NCBI GenBank assembly: GCA_963765765.1 | Contig: CAVXYC010000015.1 | Span: forward strand, 736,001 to 800,000 | Direction of reading: 5' to 3' | From: an uncultured Chloroflexia bacterium | GTDB lineage: Bacteria > Chloroflexota > UBA6077 > JACCZL01 | DNA: 64,000 bases | Shown: one piece after another, positions 1 through 10,920 of the stretch | How the letters are laid out: each line of letters opens with the position of its first letter | Numbering within the stretch: position 1 is the stretch's first letter | The notes under the pieces: model-generated | The model's database searches: none | Seen by the model: only the letters and a program-made list of their open reading frames with translations | What the model was told of the DNA's origin: nothing | Translations under genes and position numbers: made by a program

Positions 1-206
1 GCCTGAACAGCAGCGCGTACGGTCCGCTGCGATGGTGCTGCCCAAGTCAGAATCGTGGATGCGAGCCCTGCGCGAGCATCTGACAGTGCGCGAGGGAGTC
101 GACTACACGGCCGTGTAAGTCAGACTCGGCCGCACGCGAAGCGTTTCCGTCATTCCCTGGTGGCGTTGGGCTACACTGAACTAGAGAGTGTCATCAGGGA
201 GACGGC

Positions 207-1127
207 ATGTCGTCGCTTCAATACGTTAGTCGGCCGGAGCTGCGTCAGCCATCGATGGTCGTCGCATTTAGCGGCTGGCCGGATGCCGGGGAAGCGTCAT
301 CGATTGCGATGCGAGCGCTGGTGAGCGCGCTGGATGCGGAAAAGGTCGCCGAGATCGATTGCGATCCGTTTTACGTATTCACCGAGGCGAGACCGGTCAC
401 CAGTCAGCCGGAACCCGGCGAACGCGTGCTCATCTGGCCGACCAGCGAGTTCTATACCTGGCGGGATCCTGACGAAGAGCGAGATCTGGTTCTGCTTCAA
501 GCGCGTGAGCCAAACATTCGCTGGAAGGAATATGTCGATCTGGTTCTGCAGGTGGCGCAGGATTTCAGCGTCACTCGCATGATCGGCCTGGGAAGCAATT
601 ACGATGCAGTCTCGCACCGTCGCCCGGTGAAGCTCAGCGGCCGTGGAACAACTCCGGAGATCTCCGAGGCGCTCTCATCGATCGGGGTGAAAGAGACCAG
701 TTATCAAGGACCCAGCAGCATTCAATCCGCGTTGCTCGACGCCTGCCGACTCCGCGGGTTACCCGCCGGAACGATGTTTGGTCACGCGCCTCACTACGTG
801 CAATCACTGCCCAATGTGCAGGTCAGCTACAGCATGCTACGTAAGCTGGGAGCGCTTCTGGGCATCCGCTTTGAGCTGGATGATCTAAGTCACGCTGCTA
901 CCGAGCTCCAGAGTCGGATCGAAGCGGCCGTGGCAGAGAACGACGAGCTGGTAACTTATCTGCAACAGCTCGAGTCGACAAGCAGTGAGCTAGAGAGCGC
1001 TGAAGCCGAAGTAGAAGACCAGGCGCCGGTAGGCGATCCCCCGAACGCCGCGGCTGTGCTCGAGGAGCTCGAGGAGTTCCTGCGTGACTATCAGGAACGC
1101 CAGCGCCAGGACGATAAGGACCGGTAG
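207..1127 (+). CDS. PAC2 family (proteasome assembly chaperone-like) protein
   Basis: 306 aa intact ORF. Motifs VAFSGWPDAGEASS, EPNIRW, YQGPSSI and PHYV; acidic C-terminal tail ending LEELEEFLR. Confidence 0.85.
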   Translation: MSSLQYVSRPELRQPSMVVAFSGWPDAGEASSIAMRALVSALDAEKVAEIDCDPFYVFTEARPVTSQPEPGERVLIWPTSEFYTWRDPDEERDLVLLQAREPNIRWKEYVDLVLQVAQDFSVTRMIGLGSNYDAVSHRRPVKLSGRGTTPEISEALSSIGVKETSYQGPSSIQSALLDACRLRGLPAGTMFGHAPHYVQSLPNVQVSYSMLRKLGALLGIRFELDDLSHAATELQSRIEAAVAENDELVTYLQQLESTSSELESAEAEVEDQAPVGDPPNAAAVLEELEEFLRDYQERQRQDDKDR

Positions 1128-1170
1128 AGACCTGTACCGCGTCAGGGTATTAGGGTGCTAGCCCGACCAC

Positions 1171-1349
1171 TTAGTGAGCGCTTTCTCGCGATCTGGCCCG
1201 GCGTAAGCCGAGCGATGCGGCTGGGGAATGCTCACTGAGACTCAGGCAATGCTCGGGATCTTCGTTGCAACGACGAGCTCTTGGGCCGCATCGCTCCGCT
1301 CGCTCAGAGCGACTCGCCGAAAAAGCGCTGAAGCACTCACTACGTGCCT
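1171..1349. repeat. Composite palindromic REP/REPIN-like element between convergent genes
   Basis: Nested inverted repeats: TAGTGAG/CTCACTA, AGCGCTTT/AAAGCGCT and 12-bp GAGCGATGCGGC(1210)/GCCGCATCGCTC(1285). The right end AAGCACTCACTACGTGCCT recurs 18/19 identical at 14027-14045. Confidence 0.55.
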
Positions 1350-1370
1350 GGGCACTCCGACAGCGAGCGA

Positions 1371-2248
1371 TCAACCGCCACCGGCGGTTTCAGCGACGAG
1401 ACGCACGAGCGGCGCCATCTTCGGAATGCCGCGGCGCCATCTTCGGGATGCCGGGCTGAATGATTCCCGTCGGGGGGCCTCACCTGGCGCGCTTCCAGCG
1501 CCGCCGCGCACACTGGTCCAACGGCGGCGACCATCGGAGCCTTGTTAAGGCCTGACCGAAGCTCGTCGACCATCCCGATACTCTCAGCCACGAGAAAAAG
1601 GTTCTCCACTTGCGACGCGCTGGTGAACATCAAGATATCCACATCGCCTGACACGATCGAGCGGACGAGGTCTGCGAGGGGCGACGCGTGTTCGGGCATC
1701 TCCCAGTGGTAGACCTCGAGCTCCAGCGCGGTTGCGCCACGGTGATCGAGATACGCCAGGAGCTCCGCGTTGGGTCCGCCGTGACGGATCACGAGCACGG
1801 TTGTGTGCTCGAGTGAGAGTAAGTCCAGCTCACCCATGACTTCGTGCGTGGTGTACGGACTCGGCACGGAACGATCGATCCGGATACCGTGCTGCCTGAG
1901 CGCATTTGTTGGCTTCGGCCCGCGGGCAATCACCACGGTCCTGTCGACAATCGCCCTAAAGCGAGCTTCTGCATCGGGAGCGAGATCGATGAGGCCGTGA
2001 AACAGATACTCCACGCCGACGCCTGTTTGGAATACCACCGCCGTCGGCGGGCTCAATTCGAGCCTCTTCAAGACCGCCGCAAGCTGATCCGAATCAACAG
2101 AGTCGACCTCTCGAAGTGCCGGGACGACACTCGGCTCGCCGCCATAGCGTCGAACCAGCGCGGCCATCTCTGAGCTTCGGCGTGTCTCGAGGAGCGTCAC
2201 AGTCCGGCCCGCCAGCGCCGCCGTAGCCGAGCCAGACTGCTGACTCAC
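1371..2248 (-). CDS. hemD: Uroporphyrinogen-III synthase (HemD family); 3' end disturbed by a 22-bp tandem duplication
   Basis: Motifs LETRRSSEM, FQTGVG, ARGPKP, FTSASQV and AVGPVC. Reconstructed end ...HPKMAPLVRLVAETAGGG* stops at 1371. GTGA overlap with the nirA stop. Confidence 0.8.
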
Positions 2249-3811
2249 GCCACGATCTCAGCCGCCCCAAGTGTCACTGCCTGGCCGCGCTCGGCGGCAA
2301 TCTCGCGGCCCACGGCGACGACGTCGTGCCCGCCGGCATGCGCCAGGGCGAGTCGTTCGATGACCGTGTGTATCTCCGCCGCTGGCACGTTGTCCACCAC
2401 CGGCTGCGATTGCCGCGCCATCGGGACCCGATTGCCCACCGGCAAATACTTGATACACCTCGCTCACCTCACCGTTCACCCGTGATTTTCCACCCTGGAG
2501 GCCTATGGTGGCGAGGTGATGATTGCCACACGAAGCCGGGCAGCCCGACCAGTTGATCGAAATCGGACGCTTGAGTGTGGGCAGCATCTCCAGATGACGC
2601 GCCACGTCCAGCGCATGCCCTTTGGTATCTGTTAGCGCAAGGTCGCACAGGTTCGTCCCAATGCAGCTGACCGTACCGCGTATAGACGGAGAAGGATCTG
2701 GGCGCAGCTCTTCGAGAAGCGGTTCTGACAGTAGAGCCGGGAGTAGGCGATCCGGGACGTTGGGAATGATCATGTTCTGGCCGGGCGTGATGCGAATCTC
2801 GCTGGTGCCAAATCGTTCTGCGAGATCGGCGAGCCCATCGACCTGCTCCGCGGTAATGCGTCCAACGGGAACGGCAAGTCCTACGGCGTAGCGACCAAGC
2901 TGTGCCTGGGGTGTCACACCAAGATGGTCACTCTGGTGCGTTGATTGGACACCTTGCCCTGCATGCTCCAGCTCCATACCCATGCGCTCTTCTAGAGCAG
3001 ATCGGAACGCTTCCACGCCCCACTCGTCAATGAGGAAGGCGAGTCGAGCGCGAGCGCGAGATTCACGTGAGCCATGGTCACGAAACAAGAGGGTGATCTG
3101 CGCGGCCAATCTGGCAGCAAGCTCCGGCCCAACGAAGACATCAATGGATCGTGCCGCCACAAAGCCGCCTGAGCCTTGCTTTCCTCCGACCCACACGTTG
3201 AAGCCCTTGACTGTTTCTCCGTCGCGATGCTTCACCGCCGGGCTCATCGAAACATCCTGCGTCTCTAACTGCAGACAATGGTCCTGGCAGGCCGTGATTG
3301 CTACATTGAATTTGCGGGGGAGATTGGTGAACTCCCGGTTGCCTACGAAGATTTCCGAGTACGCGCGTGCCTGGGGTGAGGCATCGAACAGCTCGTGCGG
3401 TGTCAGACCGGCTAGTGGGCATGTCATTACGTTTCGAATGTTGTCCATTCCCGTCTGCAAGCTCGCCAGTCCTACGGATTGGAGACGGCTAAAGATCACA
3501 GGTACGTCCTGGATGCCGAACCAGCGGACCTGCATCTGCTGACGGGTGGTGACATCCAGATCGCCGCGGCCGAACTCGGTGGCAATTCTCGCGATCGTTC
3601 GGAGCTGCTCGCTTGTAGCAATTCCAGCAGGAATACGAATGCGCATCATGAACTGGCCGGGTGTGTGCTTCCTAAAGAAGACGCCGTACCACTTCATCCG
3701 GACCTTGTCGTCGTCGGTGATCGTTTCCCAGCCATCGCGAGCGTATCGCTCGATGTCCGGCAGCACATCCAGGCCATCTTTCGCTGACTTGATCTCCTCG
3801 AACTTATTCAT
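2245..3811 (-). CDS. nirA: Ferredoxin-nitrite reductase (siroheme, 4Fe-4S)
   Basis: MNKFEEIKSAKDGLD start, TTRQ, LPRKFN, CIGTNLC and SGCPASCG cluster ligands. One frameshift near 2410; the C-terminus is in ORF 2245..2445. Confidence 0.9.
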
Positions 3812-6042
3812 GCTGCTGCTCCCTCCTCGGTGGCTGTGGTTTCAGAGCTGTCACAGGTCTGGTTGTCGGGTTTCAGCGGGATAACCGCTGCTCCAGCTAC
3901 GGGCCGGACCTGAACGATTCGGTACTTCAAAGCTGGCTGTTTTGAGACGGGGTCAAACGCGGAATCCGTCGCGGTGTTGAGAGATCCCCCGTCATTGCGC
4001 AGCGTGCCCCAATGAAAGGGCGCGAACACGGTGCCCGGCGGAACGTCCCTGGTGATCCGAGCCTGGAAGCGTGCGGCCTCACCCACGGGCGCTTGAACCT
4101 CAACCCAGACGCCTTCCTCGATTCCAAGCGGCCGGGCATCGTCTGGATTGATGGCCAGGTATGGTTCCGGGCAGCTCTTCATAAGCTGTGGCACATTTCC
4201 GGTCCTGGTCATGGTGTGCCATTGATCGCGCTCACGCCCGGTTGTCAGGATCAGTCCGTGTTTCCTGGTTGGCTGCTCCTGTGGACGCCAGACGGGCGCG
4301 TGAAAACGGGCACGTCCATCCGCGGTCCCGAACCAGAGGTCGCTGTAGAGGCGTGGCGTTCCTGGACTGTCATCCGATGGGCAAGGCCACTGGAGTCCAC
4401 CTTTGGTCTGAAGCCGAGCGTACGAGACGCCCGTAATATCCATATCCGTTCCTCGAGTGCACTCGCGATACTCGTTGAAGACGGATTCGGCATTCGGGAA
4501 ATTGAAATCAACGCCATAGCCGAGCCGCTGGCCCAGCTCAGCGAAGATTGCCCAGTCCGACCGCGCATGGCCCGGTGGGTCAACGAGCGTCGGCATGTAC
4601 GAAATTCGGCGCTCGGATGACGTGCTGGTCCCGTCTTTTTCCGACCATTGCGCCGCCGGAAGCGTCAGGTGAGCCATTTCAGACGTCTCGGTGGGGAAAT
4701 ACGCGTCCTGTACTACGACGAGCTCGGCTCGCTGCAGCCCAGCGCGCACGGTCTGCAGATCTGGCATGGAGACCATTGGATTGGTGGCCGCGATCCAGAT
4801 TGCCTTCATGGCCCCTGACGCCAACGCCTCGAACATCTCCACGGCAGTCAGTCCCGGCTTCGGCTGAATCCGTTCTTGCGGAGCTCGCCAATGCTCAGCC
4901 ATCTCACGGCGGTGTTCTTCGTTCACTACAAGGCGATGGCCAGGGAGTAACGCAGCCAGTCCGCCCACTTCGCGCCCGCCCATGGCATTCGGCTGTCCCG
5001 TGAGCGAGAACGGTCCGGCTCCGGGGCGTCCGATCTGTCCAGTTGCCAGATGCAGATTGATGAGAGCCAGGGAGCGATCGACTCCATCGGTGTTTTGATT
5101 CACGCCCATGGCCCAGAATGAGAGTGCTGCACGGGCACCGCCGAACGCCCGGGCCGCGGCCTCGATAAGGTGTGCTTCGATCCCGGTTGCTTCGGCGGTT
5201 CGCTCCAGATCCCAGGTTTCCGCGGACGCGGCGGTGGCCTCCCATCCGGAGGTGTGCTGGGTGACGAAGTCCTGATTCACCAGGCCATCGCGCATGGCGA
5301 CGTGAAGCAAGCCGTAGAGAAGAGGCAGATCGGCACCAGGCTTCACTTGCAGGTGAATGTCCGCGTCCCGCGTGGTTGCTGTCTTGCGCGGGTCGATCAC
5401 GATCATGGTCGCGCCGTTACAAGCCGCTCTTCGCGTGAGCGCTCGTTTGAAGAGAACGGGGTGACAATCCGCCGCGTTTGAGCCGATGAGCAAGAAGCAG
5501 TCAGCCTGATCGATGTCTTCGTATGAGCAGGGCGGACCATCTTTACCGAGCGCAAGCTGGTACGCGGACACGGCGCTGGACATGCATAGACGTGAATTCG
5601 AATCGACGTTGTTGGTCCCGATGAAGCCTTTGGCTAGCTTGTTGACGACGTAGTAGTCCTCGGTGAGAAGTTGGCCGGAGATGTAGAAGCCGACGCTATC
5701 TGGGCCGTGCTCCTGGATGATTCGACTGAATCGATCAGAAGCCCAGCCCATCGCCATCTCCCAGCTCACGCGACTGAACGGACGATGGCGGCCTTCGCGA
5801 AACCAGGGGTAGGCCAGACGGTCCTGTGCATTGACTGCCTGAGGCAAGTAGACCGCCTTACGGCAGAGCATGCCCTTTGTGCCGCGATGCTGAGCATCGC
5901 CACGGACTCGGCTTACGGCTCCGTCCACGACCTCGACTGAAAGGCCACACCCGACGCCGCAATAGGGGCAAATCGTTGTCCCCACGGCCAGCGTGTCCCT
6001 TGCCTTGTGCGAGTCGCTCGGCAACATCTCGAGTGGCGTCAT
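3808..6042 (-). CDS. narB: Assimilatory nitrate reductase catalytic subunit (NarB/NasA, Mo-bisPGD)
   Basis: CPYCGVGC...LCRK 4Fe-4S motif, SGQLLTEDYY, NSRLCMSSA, LTGQPNAMGGRE and DPVSKQP. No C-terminal BFD domain. Confidence 0.88.
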   Translation of the reverse strand: MTPLEMLPSDSHKARDTLAVGTTICPYCGVGCGLSVEVVDGAVSRVRGDAQHRGTKGMLCRKAVYLPQAVNAQDRLAYPWFREGRHRPFSRVSWEMAMGWASDRFSRIIQEHGPDSVGFYISGQLLTEDYYVVNKLAKGFIGTNNVDSNSRLCMSSAVSAYQLALGKDGPPCSYEDIDQADCFLLIGSNAADCHPVLFKRALTRRAACNGATMIVIDPRKTATTRDADIHLQVKPGADLPLLYGLLHVAMRDGLVNQDFVTQHTSGWEATAASAETWDLERTAEATGIEAHLIEAAARAFGGARAALSFWAMGVNQNTDGVDRSLALINLHLATGQIGRPGAGPFSLTGQPNAMGGREVGGLAALLPGHRLVVNEEHRREMAEHWRAPQERIQPKPGLTAVEMFEALASGAMKAIWIAATNPMVSMPDLQTVRAGLQRAELVVVQDAYFPTETSEMAHLTLPAAQWSEKDGTSTSSERRISYMPTLVDPPGHARSDWAIFAELGQRLGYGVDFNFPNAESVFNEYRECTRGTDMDITGVSYARLQTKGGLQWPCPSDDSPGTPRLYSDLWFGTADGRARFHAPVWRPQEQPTRKHGLILTTGRERDQWHTMTRTGNVPQLMKSCPEPYLAINPDDARPLGIEEGVWVEVQAPVGEAARFQARITRDVPPGTVFAPFHWGTLRNDGGSLNTATDSAFDPVSKQPALKYRIVQVRPVAGAAVIPLKPDNQTCDSSETTATEEGAAA

Positions 6043-7296
6043 TCAGGCATGCTCCACCGAGAATGCCGCGTTGGGTCGAGCGTTCCAGCCAGCTCGCCAG
6101 CCATGCTCCAGCGCAACGAGGGCTCTCAGCGCCACTACCGCGATCGCAGCGAACGTCGCCAGAATGACGAACCCGGTGGCAAAAGAACCGCTTGACTCCT
6201 TGACACTGCCCAAGAGGATTGGAAGGAAGAAGCCACCCAGCCCGCCGATAGCTCCGACCGTGCCCGTTGCGATGCCTATCTGCGAGCTGAAGCGTTGCGG
6301 CACAAGCTGGAACACGGAGCCGTTGCCGACGCCAAAGCAAGCCATGCCCGCGATCAGAAGCACCGAGGCAACCTGCACTGGCGGCAAGGCGCTCACGCAG
6401 GCATACGTAAGGGCGATGCCCACCAGAACGATGGAGAGGAGTCGGACTCCGCCAACCTTGTCAGCCAGATACCCGCCGATCGGGCGGATGCCACTGCCTA
6501 CGAAAGCTGCCAGGGCCGTGATGCTGCCCGCGCTCACTGGATCGAGCGAGTACTGGTCACGCAAAAAGAGAGGTAGGTAGCTACTCAGGCCAACGTAGCC
6601 TCCAAAGGTCACGCTGTAGAGCAGGCAGAACCACCACATGTCTCCATGTGCCAGTGCCTGTAGATGGCTGGAAAGCGGCGGGTTCGTCGCCGACCTGGGG
6701 CTGTCCTCGGCCAGGAGGATGAACGCCACCAGGGCAACGGCCAATGGAACCATGGCCATCCCAAGCACGTTGTGCCATCCGACAGACTCGGCCATACGCG
6801 GAGCAAGTAGATTGGCGATGACGGTGCCGCTGTTTCCCGCCGCAGCAATGCCCATGGCCAGGCCTTGACGATGCGGCGGATACCACTTGCTGGCCAGCGG
6901 TAACGCCACCGCGAACGAGGCGCCCGCGCTTCCCAGCATGAGCCCGATCGCGAGCAGCGCCGGTAGTCCATCGCCTATCAGCCAGCCCATGGTCAGCGGA
7001 ACGAACAGAAAGGCCAGCATTCCAACACCAACCCGCTTGCCGCCCAGACGGTCTCCGAGAATACCGAGTGGGATGCGCAAGAGCGATCCGGTAAAGATTG
7101 GCACCGCGACCATCAAGCCTTTTTCGCTAGGGCTCAGCCCCGCCGATTCCGCGATTGAGATGCCCAACGCGCCCAAAAGCACCCAGAGCATGAAGCTGAT
7201 ATCGAAGTGCAGGAAGCTGGCAACGAGCGTCGGTGTGTGCCCGCCGCGGGCGAACTCCTCGGCTGAATGGCGCTGAGTCGTCGTGATTGGCGACAT
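6043..7296 (-). CDS. narK: MFS nitrate/nitrite transporter (NarK/NasA family)
   Basis: FLHFDISFMLW, AGNSGT, FGGYVG, GNGSVFQLVPQRF and GGLGGFF nitrate-signature motifs. Confidence 0.9.
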   Translation of the reverse strand: MSPITTTQRHSAEEFARGGHTPTLVASFLHFDISFMLWVLLGALGISIAESAGLSPSEKGLMVAVPIFTGSLLRIPLGILGDRLGGKRVGVGMLAFLFVPLTMGWLIGDGLPALLAIGLMLGSAGASFAVALPLASKWYPPHRQGLAMGIAAAGNSGTVIANLLAPRMAESVGWHNVLGMAMVPLAVALVAFILLAEDSPRSATNPPLSSHLQALAHGDMWWFCLLYSVTFGGYVGLSSYLPLFLRDQYSLDPVSAGSITALAAFVGSGIRPIGGYLADKVGGVRLLSIVLVGIALTYACVSALPPVQVASVLLIAGMACFGVGNGSVFQLVPQRFSSQIGIATGTVGAIGGLGGFFLPILLGSVKESSGSFATGFVILATFAAIAVVALRALVALEHGWRAGWNARPNAAFSVEHA

Positions 7297-7499
7297 GACG
7301 GACGAACCCCTCCCGGACCCATCAATGAATCAAGTCGATTCAGAGATGACTGAGTAGAAGCGTAGGGAGATTCACGGGGCAGTGACTTCCCCGGCGACGC
7401 ACAAAGAGAGGGGGCCAAATTCTGTGCGCGGCGTACAACGCGTGAGAACTGGCCCTCACTTCTTGTCGAGAATGACGCTGATGACGCGTCCGCGAAGGT

Positions 7500-8345
7500 C
7501 TACTCCGTGGCTTCGTGGCCTCGGTAGGCCTCCGTGAGCAGGAATAGAAGTCGATCGCGAGCGGATGTGTATGCCTCGTGGTGAATCATCGAGCGACGGT
7601 CGCGTGGACGTGGGATGTCGATCGAGACGATCTCACCCACGGTGGCGGCGGGGCCGTTGGTCATGACGACCACTCGATCGGACAGATAGATGGCTTCATC
7701 AATGTCGTGCGTCACCATGAGCACCGTCTCAGTCTTCCGATCCATGCTCCACATCGTTACCAGCTCTTCGTGCAACGCGGACTTGGTCAGGGCGTCGAGC
7801 GCGCCGAACGGCTCGTCCAGGAGTAGCACCTTTGGGTGGACCGAGAACGCTCGCGCAATGGCCACGCGCTGCTTCATTCCACCGGAGAGCTGGTGCGGCT
7901 TCTTAGAGGCTGCCGCGGCTAGCCCGACCATCTCCAGAAAGCGATCTGTCTGCGCTTCTTTGTCCGCGCGGGAAACATCATTGAAGGCTGAATCCACGGC
8001 TTCGTAGACGTTCTCGCGAACGGTCAGCCAGGGAAGGAGACTGTAGTTCTGAAACACCATGGACCGATCGGACCCGGGTGAGGTGATTTCATTCCCATCG
8101 AGAATGATCGATCCTCCACTTGGCTCGGAAAGGCCAGCCACCATGTTCAAGAGTGTGCTCTTGCCGCATCCGGAGTGGCCAATGAGCGAGATGAACTCGC
8201 CGCGGCCGATCTCCAGGGTGACGTCGCGAACGGCCACGTAGGGCCCGCTCGATGTAGGAAACGACTTCGTTACGCATTGAAATGCGAGCACCGTTCCCGG
8301 CGCAGAGCTGCTGGAGACTTCTTCGTTCGTAAGTATTTGTGTCAC
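7500..8345 (-). CDS. nrtD: Nitrate ABC transporter ATP-binding subunit
   Basis: [35 protein letters not shown] and MTNGPAA. Confidence 0.9.
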   Translation of the reverse strand: MTQILTNEEVSSSSAPGTVLAFQCVTKSFPTSSGPYVAVRDVTLEIGRGEFISLIGHSGCGKSTLLNMVAGLSEPSGGSIILDGNEITSPGSDRSMVFQNYSLLPWLTVRENVYEAVDSAFNDVSRADKEAQTDRFLEMVGLAAAASKKPHQLSGGMKQRVAIARAFSVHPKVLLLDEPFGALDALTKSALHEELVTMWSMDRKTETVLMVTHDIDEAIYLSDRVVVMTNGPAATVGEIVSIDIPRPRDRRSMIHHEAYTSARDRLLFLLTEAYRGHEATE

Positions 8346-8351
8346 TGCCAG

Positions 8352-9194
8352 TTACGCCTCGTACGCTGCTTTGTGCGCTGCGAAATCGAACACACGATCC
8401 AGAATCAGGCCCACGAGGCCGATCAGCAGAATGGCGCTGATGATCCGATCGACCTTCAAGGCGTTCCAGCTATCCCATACGAAGAAACCAAGCCCAACAC
8501 CGCCAGCGAGCATCTCCGCCGCGACGATGACCATCCAGGCGATGCCCATGCTGAGGCGGAGGCCTGTCAGGATATGCGGCAGGCTGTAGGGCAGCACGAC
8601 CTTACGGATGTACTTCCAGCGGGAGAAGCAAAAGACGCGGGCGACGTTCTTATGATCGTTGGGAATGCTGGCCACGCCGAAGGCCGTGTTGATGATCGTT
8701 GGCCAGAGTGCGGTCATAAAGATGACGAACACGGTTGCCGGCTGGGCCGAGTGGAGCGTCGCCAGGCCAATCGGGAACCAGGCCAGGGGTGATACTGGGC
8801 GCAGGACCTGAACGAGCGGATTCACCACGCGATACACCCCGGGGGTAATGCCCATGGCGATTCCAAGTGGAATGGCGACGAGTGACGCGAGTCCAAAGCC
8901 CGTGGCTACGCGGCCGAGCGAGGCGTAGAGCTGGATTCCGATGCCTTTATCGTTTGGGCCTTTGTCATAGAAGGGATTGGCGATCAGCCCCCAGAAGGTG
9001 ACGAGGGTTTGCCCGGGACCGGGCAGATCGTTACCCGCGACCCAGGCCGCCATACTCCAGATTCCAAGGATGAGTGCAAGCGCGGCGCCGGCGGTGACGA
9101 GCGACTTTATCGCCCGTCGTCCAAGATCACCGAGAATGCCGAGTGCGGGTGTAGGGAACGATGACGCTGGTTGTCTCATGCTGATCTGTCTCAT
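8352..9194 (-). CDS. nrtB: Nitrate ABC transporter permease
   Basis: PFYDKGPNDKGIG, LRPVSPLAWFP and WMVIVAAEML. Confidence 0.9.
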   Translation of the reverse strand: MRQISMRQPASSFPTPALGILGDLGRRAIKSLVTAGAALALILGIWSMAAWVAGNDLPGPGQTLVTFWGLIANPFYDKGPNDKGIGIQLYASLGRVATGFGLASLVAIPLGIAMGITPGVYRVVNPLVQVLRPVSPLAWFPIGLATLHSAQPATVFVIFMTALWPTIINTAFGVASIPNDHKNVARVFCFSRWKYIRKVVLPYSLPHILTGLRLSMGIAWMVIVAAEMLAGGVGLGFFVWDSWNALKVDRIISAILLIGLVGLILDRVFDFAAHKAAYEA

Positions 9195-9252
9195 GACGAC
9201 CCTCCTCCTGAACGTGGTGCGCGATCGCGCGATTCAAATCGTCGTTGCATGA

Positions 9253-10629
9253 CTAAGCCGCAACTACTGGATAGCGAGCCAGTGAACCGGTCGGGTCCTT
9301 CGGATCGAATGCGATGCCGTCCACCTGTGGAGTGATCGTGTTCATGTCATCGTCGGGAACGGGGATGCTCATTTCCCTGGCAATCTCTTGGTAAACATCC
9401 TGGAGAATCAGCCGATCCGCGATTTTGGTGTATTCCGGATGTGACTGGAGATACCCAAAGCGGACGTACTGAGCCATGAACCAGATGGCGTGGCCTTTAC
9501 GCGGGAAGTTCACATCTCCCTTGTTGCTGAAAAGCATGGAATCGTCGGTGTAAGTCTTTTCTCCGAGACCTGCACCCAGGTCGTACTTACCGGCGAGTCT
9601 GGCGTCGATCACGTCCGCGGATGCGTTGACGTAGGATTGACTCCCGACTGTTGCCGCGGCTTTTGCACGATTGTCTGGCACATCGAGCCAGGCCGAGGCT
9701 TCGAGAACCGCACGCATGACGGCTTTCATATCGTTCGTTCGCGTCTCAGCAAATGTCTTGTTGACGACGAGCGCTTTCTCCGTATGGTGCTTCCACATAT
9801 CCTGAGTGGCGATCTGTGTGAACCCGATACCTTCCTTCGCGGCGACGCCACCCCAGGGCTCACCCACGCAGTACCCGTCCATGTTGCCAACCTTCATGTT
9901 GGCAACCATCTGCGGCGGTGGAATCGTGATGATCTTCACGGTTTCCTGTGGGACACCTGCCGCGGCCAGCCAATACCGCAACCAGAGATCGTGGGTCCCG
10001 CCGGGGAAGGTCATGGCAAAGGTTAGCTCACGTCCGCCTTTGCGAATGTCCGCGACCGCCGGGCCGACCTTCTTGACCTCAGGCACGCCGTGGCCCACGA
10101 GTCCACCAAAGAGATCCTTGCTGAGGGTAATGGCCTGACCGTTGGTATTGAGCACCATGGCCACGAACATCTCGCGCCCGGCTGGTCCGCCGACCCCCGT
10201 GTTCACGGAGAAGGGCATACCAAAGAGGCAGTGCGCGCCCTCTAGATCTCCACTCAGAAGCTTGTCGCGAACGTTCGCCCAGGATGCTTCCTTGACCACT
10301 TCAACGTTGACGCCATGTTTCCTGTAGAGGCCTAGCTCAGACGCCATGGCAACCGACGCACAGTCCGTGAGGGGAATGAATCCCAGACGGATCGGCTGCG
10401 ATTTGGCGACGGCCGCGTCCGCTCCTCCCGATGGAGCCGTTTGGGCGGTTGAAGCGGTGGGGCTGGCGGACGGGGCCGATCCACATGCTTGGAGAAGGCT
10501 GCCTGAGGCGGCCAGCGCCGCGAATCCCGCGACACGATGGAGAAACACTCGTCGTGTCGCTCGCGATGGGTGACGTGGCGTCGGGACTGTCTCAGCGACG
10601 GGCGCGTCGGCTTCACGCGATTGGCTCAT
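9253..10629 (-). CDS. nrtA: NrtA/CmpA-family substrate-binding lipoprotein with Tat-like signal
   Basis: Likely start MSQSRE at 10629; TRRVFL twin-arginine motif and LQAC lipobox; GFIPLTDCA, TFPGGTH, PPPQMV and CVGEPW. Confidence 0.88.
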   Translation of the reverse strand: MSQSREADAPVAETVPTPRHPSRATRRVFLHRVAGFAALAASGSLLQACGSAPSASPTASTAQTAPSGGADAAVAKSQPIRLGFIPLTDCASVAMASELGLYRKHGVNVEVVKEASWANVRDKLLSGDLEGAHCLFGMPFSVNTGVGGPAGREMFVAMVLNTNGQAITLSKDLFGGLVGHGVPEVKKVGPAVADIRKGGRELTFAMTFPGGTHDLWLRYWLAAAGVPQETVKIITIPPPQMVANMKVGNMDGYCVGEPWGGVAAKEGIGFTQIATQDMWKHHTEKALVVNKTFAETRTNDMKAVMRAVLEASAWLDVPDNRAKAAATVGSQSYVNASADVIDARLAGKYDLGAGLGEKTYTDDSMLFSNKGDVNFPRKGHAIWFMAQYVRFGYLQSHPEYTKIADRLILQDVYQEIAREMSIPVPDDDMNTITPQVDGIAFDPKDPTGSLARYPVVAA

Positions 10630-10920
10630 GGTCTGGCAATGACCCCCAGGCACAATTTCGCAGCCACATACGCTGGCTACGGACTTCAGAAGCCTATAGG
10701 CCCCTGATACGGGAATTTGACGTACGCCCGGTACAAATCCAAGCTCGTTATTTTGGACGGGCGATCCGAGACGCGTGAATCGAACAGGCGTTCGTAGAGC
10801 GGAATGCGAAAAAGTTTCCGAATGCACGCTTGAAAAGCCGCGGCAAATAAATGCTCGCCGGGCAGGGAGTCGCGTTTTGCGGGCTTGACTCGTTTAGCGC
10901 TTGCGCGGAGCGGTGAGGGC

